Part shown: positions 10,241 through 20,540 of the stretch, in pieces | Layout of the letters: each line of letters opens with the position of its first letter | Numbering within the stretch: the first letter of the stretch is position 1 | Assembly (NCBI GenBank): GCA_965197645.1 | Contig: OZ240219.1 | Location: 2,272,001-2,336,000, forward strand | Length of the DNA: 64,000 bases | From: Dehalococcoidia bacterium | GTDB taxonomy: Bacteria; Chloroflexota; Dehalococcoidia; Plut-88900 | Direction: 5' to 3' | The notes under the pieces: model-generated | Told to the model about the DNA's origin: nothing | Database searches by the model: none | What the model saw: only the letters and a program-made list of their open reading frames with translations | Position numbers and translations under genes: made by a program

Positions 10241-11104
10241 TCAGCGGAGCAGGCGGCGGATCTTCGGGTCTAGGAAGTCCCGAAGCCAGTCGCCGATGAT
10301 GTTGATGGCTATGATGGCGAGGGCCAGGGTGGTTCCGGCGAAGATCACAGTCCACGGGGCCCTCTCCATGTACAGCTTGCCGTCCCGCATCAAAGAGCCC
10401 AGGGTCGCCGTGGGAGGCTGTACTCCAACGCCGAGGAAGCTCAGTGAACCCTCCAGTATGAGGGCCACCGAGATCGTGTACGAGAGCTGGATCAGAATGG
10501 GAGCGAACACGTTCGGGACCAGGTGGCGAAAGAGAATCCTCACCGGCGAGGCGCCGATCACAAGGGCCGCGGTTACATACTCCCTCTCTCGCACGCTCAG
10601 CGTGGGTCCACGGACTATGCGGCTGAAAGAGGGGAACATGACAATAACGATGGCAACAACCACACTTTGGGTCCCTGTCCCCAGGGCGGCTGCCACCAGG
10701 ATAGCCATCAGGAGCCATGGGAAGGCAAAGAGCATATCTACGAAGCGCATCACCAGCTCGTCCAGTAACCCCCCGTAGTAACCTACCGTGACCCCGACTA
10801 CGGTGCCGGCCAGTGCGGCAAGCAGGCCGGACAACGTGGCGAGCAATAGGGAGATTCTGAGGGCGGAAACGAGCCTCGCCAGCACACTTCTACCCAGATG
10901 GTCGTTTCCCAGTAGGAACTCCCCGGACGGGGACCCAAATGTCGCGTCCCCGTTAATGACGTTCGGATCACCGGTGCCCGCCACGGGCCCGATCAACGCA
11001 AGCGATACCGCTGCCAGGAGAAATAGCGCTGATATGGACAGGCCCGGATTCCTGAACACAAACCTGCTCAGTGTGGATACCCGGGTAACAGATAGACTTC
11101 TCAC
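10241..11104 (-). CDS. ABC peptide/nickel transporter permease (DppC-like)
   Basis: LLGNDHLGRS, EYVTAALVIGAS EAA loop, SFLGVGVQPP, GDWLRDFLDPK. Confidence 0.93.
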   Translation of the reverse strand: MRSLSVTRVSTLSRFVFRNPGLSISALFLLAAVSLALIGPVAGTGDPNVINGDATFGSPSGEFLLGNDHLGRSVLARLVSALRISLLLATLSGLLAALAGTVVGVTVGYYGGLLDELVMRFVDMLFAFPWLLMAILVAAALGTGTQSVVVAIVIVMFPSFSRIVRGPTLSVREREYVTAALVIGASPVRILFRHLVPNVFAPILIQLSYTISVALILEGSLSFLGVGVQPPTATLGSLMRDGKLYMERAPWTVIFAGTTLALAIIAINIIGDWLRDFLDPKIRRLLR

Positions 11105-11120
11105 TGCAGTTTCCTAGTGC

Positions 11121-12083
11121 CTATCTCGATCCGCCGGGCTGGTACCGGATGCGCGGGTCAAGATAGGCGTATAAGATGTCCACTATGAAGTTGACAGTCA
11201 CAAACAGGGCAGCGGCCAGTACCACTGCCCCTTGGGCTGCCGTATAGTCTCGACTCCTGAGCGCGGCGAGGGCATAACGGCCAACCCCAGGCAGCGAGAA
11301 TATCTCTTCGACGATTATTGCGCCGCCCAACAGGTACCCCAGGTTGATGCCAACCACGGTCACAACCGGAATCAGCGCATTACGCAGGATGTGCCGTCGC
11401 GCTACAACTCGTTGGTTCAGACCCTTGGCATAGGCCGTGGTCACGAATGGCTCCGCTTGAGCCTCCAGTACGCTGGATCGGGTAATGCGCATGACGATGG
11501 CCGTGGTGATAAAGCCCAAGGTGAATGAGGGAAGGATCATGGACTTGACGTGCCCTAGGAGATCATCGCTTGGAAAAATGTAGCCGGAGACGGGCAGCCC
11601 CAGGCCTCTTGTGGAGACCAGATAGATGAGAAGCGTCGCCATGACGAAATCTGGAATAGACAGCCCTACCACCGAGGCCACCTGCATTCCAACACCTCGG
11701 GTTGAGCCTCGCCACCTGGCAGCGAGGACTCCAGCGGGCACTCCGACAACGACGGAGAAAAGGGTCGCAAGCAGCGTCAACTCGATGGTCACGCGTGCCC
11801 GGCCTATCAGGTCTGGACCAATATCTCTCCGATTCCGCAAAGACTCGCCCAGGTCGCCCCTAATCGCGTTGCCGAGCCAGGCGAAATATTGGACCGGCAG
11901 CGGCCTATCGAGACCGAGTCTTTTCTTCAACGCGGCTACATTTTCTTCGGTTCTAGGCCTAGAGATGAAGTAGGCGTCCTCGAAGTTGCCCGGGATCAGA
12001 TGGAGGGTGATGAAGACGATGGTAGCTACGCCCAGAACGGTGAACAGGGCGGTTATCAGCCGGGTGATGACGAATCTTCTCAT
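11121..12083 (-). CDS. ABC peptide/nickel transporter permease (DppB-like)
   Basis: LGLDRPLPVQY, GDLGES, AYAKGL..HILRNALIP, DILYAYLDPRIR. Confidence 0.94.
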   Translation of the reverse strand: MRRFVITRLITALFTVLGVATIVFITLHLIPGNFEDAYFISRPRTEENVAALKKRLGLDRPLPVQYFAWLGNAIRGDLGESLRNRRDIGPDLIGRARVTIELTLLATLFSVVVGVPAGVLAARWRGSTRGVGMQVASVVGLSIPDFVMATLLIYLVSTRGLGLPVSGYIFPSDDLLGHVKSMILPSFTLGFITTAIVMRITRSSVLEAQAEPFVTTAYAKGLNQRVVARRHILRNALIPVVTVVGINLGYLLGGAIIVEEIFSLPGVGRYALAALRSRDYTAAQGAVVLAAALFVTVNFIVDILYAYLDPRIRYQPGGSR

Positions 12084-12246
12084 AGTTCTTGGGAAGTTGC
12101 TTTCAACACTATCGCCGCTACACGTGTACGCTGAGGATGGTGAACGCCGGGAGTGGGGACTCGATTCTCCGGATGGTCATATTAGGCGCCGCCGGAGCCT
12201 CCCCGCTCATTTTCGCCTGGTCGGCGATGGTCATCCAGGCGTCCGC

Positions 12247-12438
12247 CTATTTAGCTCCGGGATCGGCTCGAAAGACCAGGGAGGTCCTGATTTCCGATAG
12301 ATCCAGCTCAGAGAGCTGTTCCATGCCATCCATCATGTTCCGTACCTTGGGAAGGACGATCTCCAACTCCTCGTCGGACATTGGAATGAGGTCCAGTTCC
12401 TCGATCATTCGCTTTAAGAAATCCTTGGTCACAGGCAT
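12247..12438 (-). CDS. Small AtzG/GatC-like amidase accessory subunit
   Basis: 63 aa from ATG after GGAGGAG; helical acidic pattern IPMSDEELEIVLPKVRNMMDGMEQLSELDL; directly follows the amidase. Confidence 0.6.
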   Translation of the reverse strand: MPVTKDFLKRMIEELDLIPMSDEELEIVLPKVRNMMDGMEQLSELDLSEIRTSLVFRADPGAK

Positions 12439-12493
12439 ATGCTCCTCCTGGCACGCTGTTTCCATCTCCGGGCCTGAGACGCTGGCCCAATCC

Positions 12494-13954
12494 TTATCCC
12501 GCGGCCAACGCTTCGTGCACGGCCGGCGGCACAGTCTTTGACTGAGGAGCAGCCTGTTCGTACTGGTGCGCCACCCTTAGCACGAGGCTCTCCTCCCACG
12601 GGCGCCCCATGATCTGGAGTCCGATGGGCAACTGGCCGCCGGAGAAACCACAGGGAATAGTAATAGCGGGTACACCGGTGAAGTTGCCCGGGTAAGTGTT
12701 GCGTCCCATCACGGACCCGTTGGCCCCGTCCGGCAGGCTGCTAACGTCCGCCTCCGTATCACCTACAGCGACAGTTTTGGTTCCAAACTTCCAGGGCAAC
12801 ATGGTAGTGGTAGGCGCCACCATGAAGTCTACCTGCTGCATCATCGCGGCCCACTCCTGTTGGAAGAGCCGCCGGACCTGCTCGGCTCTAACGAAGTCTT
12901 TGGCCAGCACAAACTGGCTGCTCAATAGGTAGTAACGCTCCGACGGGCTCATATTGGTCCGGTTCCGTCGTAAGACCTGCTCGTAGGGGCCTGCGTAAGA
13001 CGACTCCAGGGCGCTTCCGGCCTTGAACATCTCATCGACGTACTTTACTTCAACTTGGCGCCGCTCTGCTCCCAACTCTTCCAGCACGGTGATGGCCTTC
13101 GATACCGCCTCTGCGATCTCCGGGTCGAGCGGATCAAAGAAGTGGTTTGATGGGATGCCCATCACCAAACCCTTGATGCTCTGTTCCAGCGCGCCCTCAT
13201 AATGGTCTACCGGCATCGGCACTGTGGTGGGGTCCAGCGGATCATGCCCGGCCATCGCCTGGAGCATGATGGCGGAATCGCGCACCGACCGCGTGTGAGG
13301 CCCCATGTGAAAAGTGGACGGTTCCGGCCCTTCCAGTCCGCCCCGAATGCTGATGCGGCCGTAGGTAGGCTTGAGTCCGACAACACCGCAGACCGCCGAG
13401 GGTTGGCGCACTGAGCCGCCTCCATCGGTGCCTATCGAGGCATAAGTTACGAAAGCGGCTACGTTCGCAGCCGAACCGCCGCTGGATCCACCGGCTATCC
13501 GCTCGAGGTCCCAGGGGTTACGCACACGCCCGTACCACTGGTTGTCACTGACAAATCCGCCTCCGATTTCGTGCATGTTCTCCTTGCCCAGGATGATCGT
13601 ACCCGCCCCATTGACACGCTCCACTACGGTAGCATCCCAATCGGGGACGTAGTTCTCCAGGGGCTTACTTCCGTCCGTGGTCCGTACTCCCTTGGTCAAG
13701 AGCATGTCCTTCAGCCCGATGGGGATGCCGTGAAGGGGACCCAAGTACTCTCCCCTCATGAGACGTCCCTCAAGATCCTGGGCCCGGCGTAGAGCCCGCT
13801 CGGGGGTGGAGGTAATGAAGGATTTGAGAATCGGCTGCATCCGCTCCGCGTGTGCGATGGCGGCCTGAGTTACCTCCACGGGTGAGACTTCGCGGGCCTT
13901 GATCCTGGGAGCCAGCTCAGAGATGTTCTGGGACAGCAGTCCTAGCTCGGCCAT
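12494..13954 (-). CDS. Amidase-signature family enzyme (GatA/AtzE-like)
   Basis: GPLHGIPIGLKD, GGSSGGS and GTDGGGSVR give the Ser-cisSer-Lys triad; start MAEL after GGAGGAGG. Confidence 0.93.
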   Translation of the reverse strand: MAELGLLSQNISELAPRIKAREVSPVEVTQAAIAHAERMQPILKSFITSTPERALRRAQDLEGRLMRGEYLGPLHGIPIGLKDMLLTKGVRTTDGSKPLENYVPDWDATVVERVNGAGTIILGKENMHEIGGGFVSDNQWYGRVRNPWDLERIAGGSSGGSAANVAAFVTYASIGTDGGGSVRQPSAVCGVVGLKPTYGRISIRGGLEGPEPSTFHMGPHTRSVRDSAIMLQAMAGHDPLDPTTVPMPVDHYEGALEQSIKGLVMGIPSNHFFDPLDPEIAEAVSKAITVLEELGAERRQVEVKYVDEMFKAGSALESSYAGPYEQVLRRNRTNMSPSERYYLLSSQFVLAKDFVRAEQVRRLFQQEWAAMMQQVDFMVAPTTTMLPWKFGTKTVAVGDTEADVSSLPDGANGSVMGRNTYPGNFTGVPAITIPCGFSGGQLPIGLQIMGRPWEESLVLRVAHQYEQAAPQSKTVPPAVHEALAAG

Positions 13955-14241
13955 GGTGTTCACCTCCTCCTCGTCATAGGACCTAATGTTACTTCCCCAA
14001 TGCTTCTGGTATCAAGTCTGCGAGTGACCTCAACCGGAGCGGGCCTGTCTCAGAACCCGCATCGAAGGAGTCGGCCTGCCCCGCCCTCGTACTTAATGTA
14101 CAAGGAGAACTTCCTTGTGTGACCGGTTTCACTAAGTTGACAGTACAGCATCGAGGGACTACATTCCGTCTCAATCCAGACTGGTTCCCGAGAAACAACG
14201 TTCTCTCTGAAGGATACGGACGGGTTCAATCGGAGGCTTCC

Positions 14242-15381
14242 ATGAGCGAACTCAAGATCATTTCCGCAGACTCCCATGCCGAAGAGCCGGAGTATCTTCA
14301 CGACCGATTGCCCGCGGAGTACTGGAGCCGTAGACCTCACACCGAGGAGCTCAACGGACTTGAATACTTCATAATCGATGGCGAGAGACCCTTCCGGTCC
14401 CAACCGCCCAACCCCATGACCGAAGAAGACAAGCGTAGAGAGTTTCGGGGTGGAGAGGACACGGGTGGGGGATTTCTGCGCAGCGAAGGGGGAGTCGACA
14501 TCCCGAGCCGTCTAAAGGATATGGAGGAAGACGGTGTCAGCGGTGAGGTGATCTATCCCCAGGGCACGATGAAGATGTTCTCCTCGCCCAGTCCCGGTTT
14601 TCAGCTGGCGTTGGCCAAAGTCTACAACGACTTCTACATCGAGACTTTTGGCGAACACCAGGACGTGTTTATTCCTTCGGCGATGGTACCGATGGTCGAC
14701 GTCGAGGCAGCGGCGGGGGAGGCAGGCCGTGTAGGCAAGCTGGGATTTCGCTCCATATCGGTGCCGGTGAGCAACAAGTCCCTGCCCTACAACAAACCGG
14801 AGTACGACCCCGTCTGGGCCACCATCGCAGAAATGGGAGTCCCCCTCAGCTTCCACGTCTTTACGTCCAGCGACGTCAAAGAGGACGATAAGAGACCCTT
14901 GAAGGAGCGAATAGAGGAGAGAGACAGGGGCGACGATCTATCAGGGATGGTCCTGGGTATGGCCGAAGCAATGAGCCCTCTGTCCCTGTTGATCTCCGCC
15001 GGAGTGTTGGACACCCACCCCGACCTCAAGCTCGTGTTGGTGGAGTGCGGCATCGGGTGGCTGGCCTGGGCCTTGTACGCCATGGACGATGTCTTCAAGA
15101 GACGCCACATGTGGCAGAGCCCGAGCCTGGAGATGGCTCCCAGCGAGTATTTCAGGCGGCAGGGTTACATCACCTTTGGAGATGACCCCGTCGGGCTTTT
15201 CAATCGCCATTTCACCGGCGTGGATTGCCTGATGTGGGGCAGCGATTATCCCCACGACGAAGGCACCTGGCCTCATTCCAAGGAAGTGATAGAAGAGACC
15301 TTCAAGGACCTTACCGCGGAAGAGAAGCGCAAGATAGTCGGTGAGAATGCCGCCGCACTATACGGCTTCCCCTTGAACTAG
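14242..15381 (+). CDS. Amidohydrolase family protein (Amidohydro_2), close paralog of 2445-3587
   Basis: ISADSHAEEP, GMVLGMAEAMSPLS, WGSDYPH; start at ATG 14242 after GGAGG. Confidence 0.92.
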   Translation: MSELKIISADSHAEEPEYLHDRLPAEYWSRRPHTEELNGLEYFIIDGERPFRSQPPNPMTEEDKRREFRGGEDTGGGFLRSEGGVDIPSRLKDMEEDGVSGEVIYPQGTMKMFSSPSPGFQLALAKVYNDFYIETFGEHQDVFIPSAMVPMVDVEAAAGEAGRVGKLGFRSISVPVSNKSLPYNKPEYDPVWATIAEMGVPLSFHVFTSSDVKEDDKRPLKERIEERDRGDDLSGMVLGMAEAMSPLSLLISAGVLDTHPDLKLVLVECGIGWLAWALYAMDDVFKRRHMWQSPSLEMAPSEYFRRQGYITFGDDPVGLFNRHFTGVDCLMWGSDYPHDEGTWPHSKEVIEETFKDLTAEEKRKIVGENAAALYGFPLN

Positions 15382-15457
15382 GTTCTATCACCTATCGTTC
15401 AGCTAGACCAGCATCCCGTGAATCGGCCGACAGTAAGTAACCGATGGGAGGGTAGGA

Positions 15458-17356
15458 ATGTCTAGGATCAAGCCCATATTTGTCATCCTCGGACTGGTAA
15501 TTGCCCTTGGTCTGATAGCAGCTGCCTGCGGAGAGGAATCCTCTCCAACTCCCGTCCCGGAGGTAGCGGAAACTACGGCGCCCGCCGACGAACCGACCGC
15601 CGTCATGACTCCTGATGCAGAGCCGACCGCAACCATGGCTCCAACCGCAACCGCGGCCGCCGAGGTCAGCGCCCTCCCGCCGGGAGTAGCATCCTTAGTA
15701 GAGGGAATGCCCGTGTGCGAGGGCGCCCAAGACGCTATGAGCGGCGGTACGCTTCGCACCTTCGGTTATGAACCCGGCACCTGGGACGTTCAGGGCGGAG
15801 ACTGGTGGACGGCGGGGTCCATTCAGACGTTCACCCACCTGAGATTGACCCAGTGGAACTTCTGCAATCCGGGCGAAAACTCCGACTACACGGTCTATCC
15901 CTACCTGGCCAAGTCCTGGGATATCAGCGATGACGGCCTCCAGTACACCTTCCACATCAGGGAAGGGGTAAAGTGGGAGAACAAGCCTCCGGTGAACGGC
16001 AGGGAGATAACCGCAGACGACGTGGCGTTCTCCTTCGATCGGTTCCTGCAACCCGAGGCGTACAACGGCTCCCTGCTGGGCCCTGTCGAGAGCGTCGTAG
16101 CGCTTGACAAGTACACCGTACAGTTCACCCTCTCGGAGCCTTACGCCGGCTTCCTTCCTTCCACTGCCTACGGGGCATTTCCCATCTACGCTCCGGAAGT
16201 GCTGGCCGAATTCGGCGGCTTTGACACCGCGGAGGCGAACATCGGGGCGGGGCCCTGGATGCTGGCGGAGTACGAGCCGGAAGTTAGGATGGTACTGGAG
16301 AGAAACCCCGATTTCTTTCGGGGAGCCAATGGCATAACCGGGGAGAATCTCCCCTACATGGACGGAACGGAATTCCTGTTCATTTACGATATCGCTCCCG
16401 GACTGGCCATGTACCGGGCCCGGGACGTCGATACCCCGCCTGGCCTCTGTGCATGCTTCGGCTACTGGACCGGCGACCTGGAGATGATAAGCAACCTGAG
16501 GGAGACCGATCCGGATCTGGTGCAGGATGTACGACACTTCACCGATACCCCCAACGCCATATGGTATCTGCGACCGAAAGTCGACCGTCCTCCCTTCGAT
16601 AACCAGAAGCTGCGCCAGGCGGTATCCATGGTGGTGGGACGCGATTGTGAGTCCTGGTGCCGTACCTGGGGCATCGAGGATGAAAACAGAGAACTTTCCT
16701 CCAACCATCCCTGGTTCGTTTCCTGGGAGGAGCTTGGAGAGGGCCAGAGGTTCTACCCGCGGGATGCGGAGGGTAACGCCATACGCGACGTGGAGGGGGC
16801 CATCGCGCTGGCCAACGAGGCCAGGGCCGAGATGGGGCTTGAACCCGATGAGATCATCCACACAACGATTTACACCGATGGCAGCTCCTCCGACATGGAG
16901 CTGTTCAAGACCTGGCTGGCCGACATCAACATAGAAGCCGACATCGTCAGCATGGAATACACCGAGTTTGCTGCCGAGATTCAGAACTATCCCTTCGAGT
17001 GGGACGGCATAGCCTACTCGGTCAGAGACCCGCCTCCCTGGGACGTGGATGCTCGCCTGTCGCCCGACTTCCTGCCCGATGGCAGCTTCAACAACATGGG
17101 CGTCGACGACCCCGTGTTGACGGAAATGGTGCTGGCCCAGAGATCGGAAACGGACCAGGCAGTCAGAGAGCAGATAGTCAGGGACATACAGAAGTACCTT
17201 GCGGTACAACAGTACGAATGGATAATACCCAACTACCTGACGCAGAACATCTATCCGCCCTGGCTAAGGAACGTCGGGCCGCAGAAATCGGTCGCGGCGC
17301 AGGGAGATAGCTTCCTGCAGGCATGGCTGACCGATGAAGCGCCGAGTAGGCAGTAA
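15458..17356 (+). CDS. ABC transporter substrate-binding lipoprotein, family 5
   Basis: Lipobox LIAAACG, YPYLAKSWDISDDGLQYTFHIREGV, GAGPW; paralog of 123-2042. Confidence 0.93.
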   Translation: MSRIKPIFVILGLVIALGLIAAACGEESSPTPVPEVAETTAPADEPTAVMTPDAEPTATMAPTATAAAEVSALPPGVASLVEGMPVCEGAQDAMSGGTLRTFGYEPGTWDVQGGDWWTAGSIQTFTHLRLTQWNFCNPGENSDYTVYPYLAKSWDISDDGLQYTFHIREGVKWENKPPVNGREITADDVAFSFDRFLQPEAYNGSLLGPVESVVALDKYTVQFTLSEPYAGFLPSTAYGAFPIYAPEVLAEFGGFDTAEANIGAGPWMLAEYEPEVRMVLERNPDFFRGANGITGENLPYMDGTEFLFIYDIAPGLAMYRARDVDTPPGLCACFGYWTGDLEMISNLRETDPDLVQDVRHFTDTPNAIWYLRPKVDRPPFDNQKLRQAVSMVVGRDCESWCRTWGIEDENRELSSNHPWFVSWEELGEGQRFYPRDAEGNAIRDVEGAIALANEARAEMGLEPDEIIHTTIYTDGSSSDMELFKTWLADINIEADIVSMEYTEFAAEIQNYPFEWDGIAYSVRDPPPWDVDARLSPDFLPDGSFNNMGVDDPVLTEMVLAQRSETDQAVREQIVRDIQKYLAVQQYEWIIPNYLTQNIYPPWLRNVGPQKSVAAQGDSFLQAWLTDEAPSRQ

Positions 17357-17374
17357 GATCGATTAGGCGTTGAC

Positions 17375-17409
17375 AAAGAGCCGCCCCGATGTCATCGGGG
17401 CGGCTCTTT
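17375..17409. terminator. Probable bidirectional intrinsic terminator
   Basis: aaagagccgccccgat-gtc-atcggggcggctcttt, 16-bp perfect arms between convergent genes. Confidence 0.8.
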
Positions 17410-17472
17410 CGCGTCCTTACCGAGCGGGGTGTCGAAATGCCCTTACGAACATATCCCTTTGCAGACCGGCTT

Positions 17473-18531
17473 CTAGTCTGAGAAAGCCGGCAGCACTTCC
17501 CGGGTCAGCAGCTCCGCAGCGCGTGCAGACTCGCCTTCCAGGTCTCCAATCGTGGGGCCTACGACAATCACCTTCTCTATCCCGAGGCCGGCCAGCTCTT
17601 CTATCCGCTTGATGCAGACATCAGGAGGGCCGACGACGGCGAACCGGTCCACGAAATCGGAGGGAGGGGCCACGTTGGAGGCGTGTTCACGCACGCTGAA
17701 TGACCGATTAAGCTCTTTAAACACGTCTCCATCTCCCTGGGATGCGGGACCCGAGAGGGAGCCGTGCATCGCCGAGAAACGGATGAACGTCGATAGTAGG
17801 CTCAAGAGCTCACGCGCAACGTCCACCTGCGGGTGGCACACGATGTTGAGGTACACTCCGTACTTGATCCCGTCGGGAGGGAGGCCTGCCTTCTCCCGTG
17901 CACGTCGGGCTTGATCCAGGCCCCACTGTATGCGGTTAGGGTCCGAGCCGAGGGCAAATATGACATTGTCGGCATGACGAGCCGCCGCAGATATCACCTT
18001 GGGTCCAGAGGCGGCGACCTCGACGGGCACCTTCTCATCCTCCGGTGAAAGCCACTCCAGCCGGCTGTCCTCCACTATATCCGACGAACCTAGCGTTTCG
18101 ACGGGAGGCGCCATCTGCTTGCTGAACGTAAGATCATCGAACGCTACTGCTTCGCCGCTCAAATAGGTCTGGAGGGCCTCTAGGTACCGTTCAAACTCCT
18201 GGGGATACACCGGTGCGTGACCCAGGTGGGCGAGGGCTGAGTCGCCCCGACCGATGCCTAGCACTGCACGCCCGTCCGATATCTCTTGGATACTCGCCAT
18301 GGCGCCGGCGGCCACCACCGGATGGCGGGTGAACGGGTTGGTCACGCCGGTGCCGAGGCCGAGGGTTTGAGTAGCGGCCGCGGCCTGGGTCAGCGACACG
18401 TAGCAATCGCCGTCCAGGTTCTGGGAATCGTAGACGGCGACCCCATCCCATCCTTCTTGCTCTGCCTGCTCTGCGAGCGCCGTCGCACGCCGGGGGGAGG
18501 AGTCCATTAGAGTCCAGAATTCGGGCTTCAT
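17473..18531 (-). CDS. LLM-class flavin/F420-dependent oxidoreductase (Mer-like)
   Basis: LGTGVTNPFTRHP, GRAVLGIGRGDS, VAASGPK, VVGPPDVC. Confidence 0.88.
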   Translation of the reverse strand: MKPEFWTLMDSSPRRATALAEQAEQEGWDGVAVYDSQNLDGDCYVSLTQAAAATQTLGLGTGVTNPFTRHPVVAAGAMASIQEISDGRAVLGIGRGDSALAHLGHAPVYPQEFERYLEALQTYLSGEAVAFDDLTFSKQMAPPVETLGSSDIVEDSRLEWLSPEDEKVPVEVAASGPKVISAAARHADNVIFALGSDPNRIQWGLDQARRAREKAGLPPDGIKYGVYLNIVCHPQVDVARELLSLLSTFIRFSAMHGSLSGPASQGDGDVFKELNRSFSVREHASNVAPPSDFVDRFAVVGPPDVCIKRIEELAGLGIEKVIVVGPTIGDLEGESARAAELLTREVLPAFSD

Positions 18532-18791
18532 CGATACCTCGATTCTAATTTCATTCCAGATATGTCCAGGCTAGAGGGATCCGGCTTGACGTAAAGGCCT
18601 GGACGACGGCTCAGAAAACCGTACAGAATGGGCTTAATCGATACGGCGCGGTCCATCCCTTTGCGTCCGTAGTCCAAGCGTCCCGATTAAAGCGTATATC
18701 GTGGAAACGTGCAAGGTTCAACTGGTACAATACGACAGATCGTTGTGCTATAACGCCCGATAGCTGAACCAAGCATCATCAGGAGGACAAT

Positions 18792-20450
18792 ATGGTCAAC
18801 TCGGAGAAATCCCCGGACTTCGACGTCGTAGTAATCGGAGCCGGCTTTGCGGGGCTGGGCATGTTGCGGAGACTGCGGGATGACATGGGGCTGTCCGTCC
18901 AGGTATACGAAGCCGGAGACGGCGTCGGTGGAACCTGGTATTGGAACAGGTACCCGGGCGCCCGTTGCGACTCTGCAAGCTACATATATTGCCTCACTTT
19001 CTCCGAAGAGCTGCTCCAGGACTGGACCTGGAGCAGCAGGTATCCGGACCAGCCGGAGATCCTGTCCTATCTCAATCATGTAGCGACCCGGTTCGATCTT
19101 CGGCGCAATATCAAGTTCAACAACCGGGTGACGTCCGCCAGGTTCCTGGAGGAGAGCAACCAGTGGGAGGTCGAAACGGACCAGGGCGAGCGAGTTACGG
19201 CCAGGTTCCTGGTCACCGGCATAGGTTGCCTATCCTCGGGCAACATACCAAAGATTCCCGGGCGGGACTCTTTCAAGGGAGACTGGTACCACACCGGCGG
19301 CTGGCCTCACGAAGGCGTGGACTTCACAGGAAAGCGCGTGGCCGTCATCGGGACCGGCTCCAGCGGTGTGCAGGCTATCCCGGTGATCGCCAAGCAAGCC
19401 GAGCACCTTACCGTGTTCCAGCGGACTCCCCAGTTCACCGTCCCCGCCCGTAACGCACCCGCAGATAAGAGGTTCATACAAGAAGAAGTGAAGGCCAACT
19501 ACGAAGAGCTGTTGGAAAAGGCCCGATGGTCGGAAGACGGCACCCCGGAAGACCCACCTGAGGGGTCGGCCCTGGAGGTCTCCGATGAGGAACGTATTAA
19601 AGAATACTCTGCCCGATGGGAAGAGGGCGGCCCCAGCTTCGCTCAGCACTTCTATGGGGCTTACAGCGACATCACTACCGACGTGAGGGCCAACACCACC
19701 GCCTCCGAGTTCATCCGGGCCAAGATCCGCGAGATAGTGAAGGATCCCGAGACTGCCGAGAAGCTTCAACCCATCGACCATCCCTACGGAGGAAAACGGG
19801 CCCTCATAGACACCGATTACTACGTGACCTACAACCGGGAAAACGTCGATCTAGTGGATATACGCCATACCCCAATCCAGGAGATAACGCCCGATGGGAT
19901 ACGGACGGAGGACCAAGAGTACGGGTTCGACATCATCGTTTTCGCCACCGGGTTCGATGCGATGACGGGCCCCTACCTGAACATGGATATCCGAGGCAAA
20001 AACGGAGTGTCGCTCAGGGACAGGTGGGCCGAGGGGCCTAAGACCTATCTTGGCCTGAACGTTGCCGGATTCCCCAACATGTTCATGATTACGGGACCGC
20101 AAAGTCCATCTGTGCTCAGCAACATGCCGGTATCCATCGAGCAACACATCGAGTGGGTCGGCGACTTTATCGGGTACATGCGAGAGAGAGGCATCGAGAC
20201 GGTCGATACGCACACCGACGCAGAGGCCGAGTGGGAGGTCCACCTGAACGAGGTTGCGGAGCCGACGATGTTCGTGCTGTCCAACTCGTGGTACCTGGGA
20301 GACAACATCCCGGGCAAGCCTCGTGTGTTCACGCCGTATGCCGGCGGCGTAGGCGTCTATCGCAAGAGGTGCAATGAGATAGCTTCCAACGGCTATGAGG
20401 GCTTCATCCTCGGCCCTGAGAGCCGAGAGACGGCCCCGTCCGTGGGTTAG
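18792..20450 (+). CDS. Type I Baeyer-Villiger monooxygenase (cyclohexanone/phenylacetone monooxygenase family)
   Basis: GAGFAG, GGTWYWNRYPGARCD, fingerprint FKGDWYHTGGWP, GTGSSG, ATGFDA. Confidence 0.94.
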   Translation: MVNSEKSPDFDVVVIGAGFAGLGMLRRLRDDMGLSVQVYEAGDGVGGTWYWNRYPGARCDSASYIYCLTFSEELLQDWTWSSRYPDQPEILSYLNHVATRFDLRRNIKFNNRVTSARFLEESNQWEVETDQGERVTARFLVTGIGCLSSGNIPKIPGRDSFKGDWYHTGGWPHEGVDFTGKRVAVIGTGSSGVQAIPVIAKQAEHLTVFQRTPQFTVPARNAPADKRFIQEEVKANYEELLEKARWSEDGTPEDPPEGSALEVSDEERIKEYSARWEEGGPSFAQHFYGAYSDITTDVRANTTASEFIRAKIREIVKDPETAEKLQPIDHPYGGKRALIDTDYYVTYNRENVDLVDIRHTPIQEITPDGIRTEDQEYGFDIIVFATGFDAMTGPYLNMDIRGKNGVSLRDRWAEGPKTYLGLNVAGFPNMFMITGPQSPSVLSNMPVSIEQHIEWVGDFIGYMRERGIETVDTHTDAEAEWEVHLNEVAEPTMFVLSNSWYLGDNIPGKPRVFTPYAGGVGVYRKRCNEIASNGYEGFILGPESRETAPSVG

Positions 20451-20540
20451 TCTGCACCGCTGCGAGGAACCCGACAGGGGAAGGGCGCCCCCGTGGACAC
20501 GCCCTCTGGCTTGTCCCCTGAAATAAGTTGCAGCCCTTCC

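Noticed and set aside
15695-17209. Long antisense ORFs (also 25125-26867, 38626-39942, 55650-57110, 23708-24760, 26868-27887)
   Set aside because: They shadow well-supported genes on the other strand, show no motifs, and are expected from high-GC codon bias.
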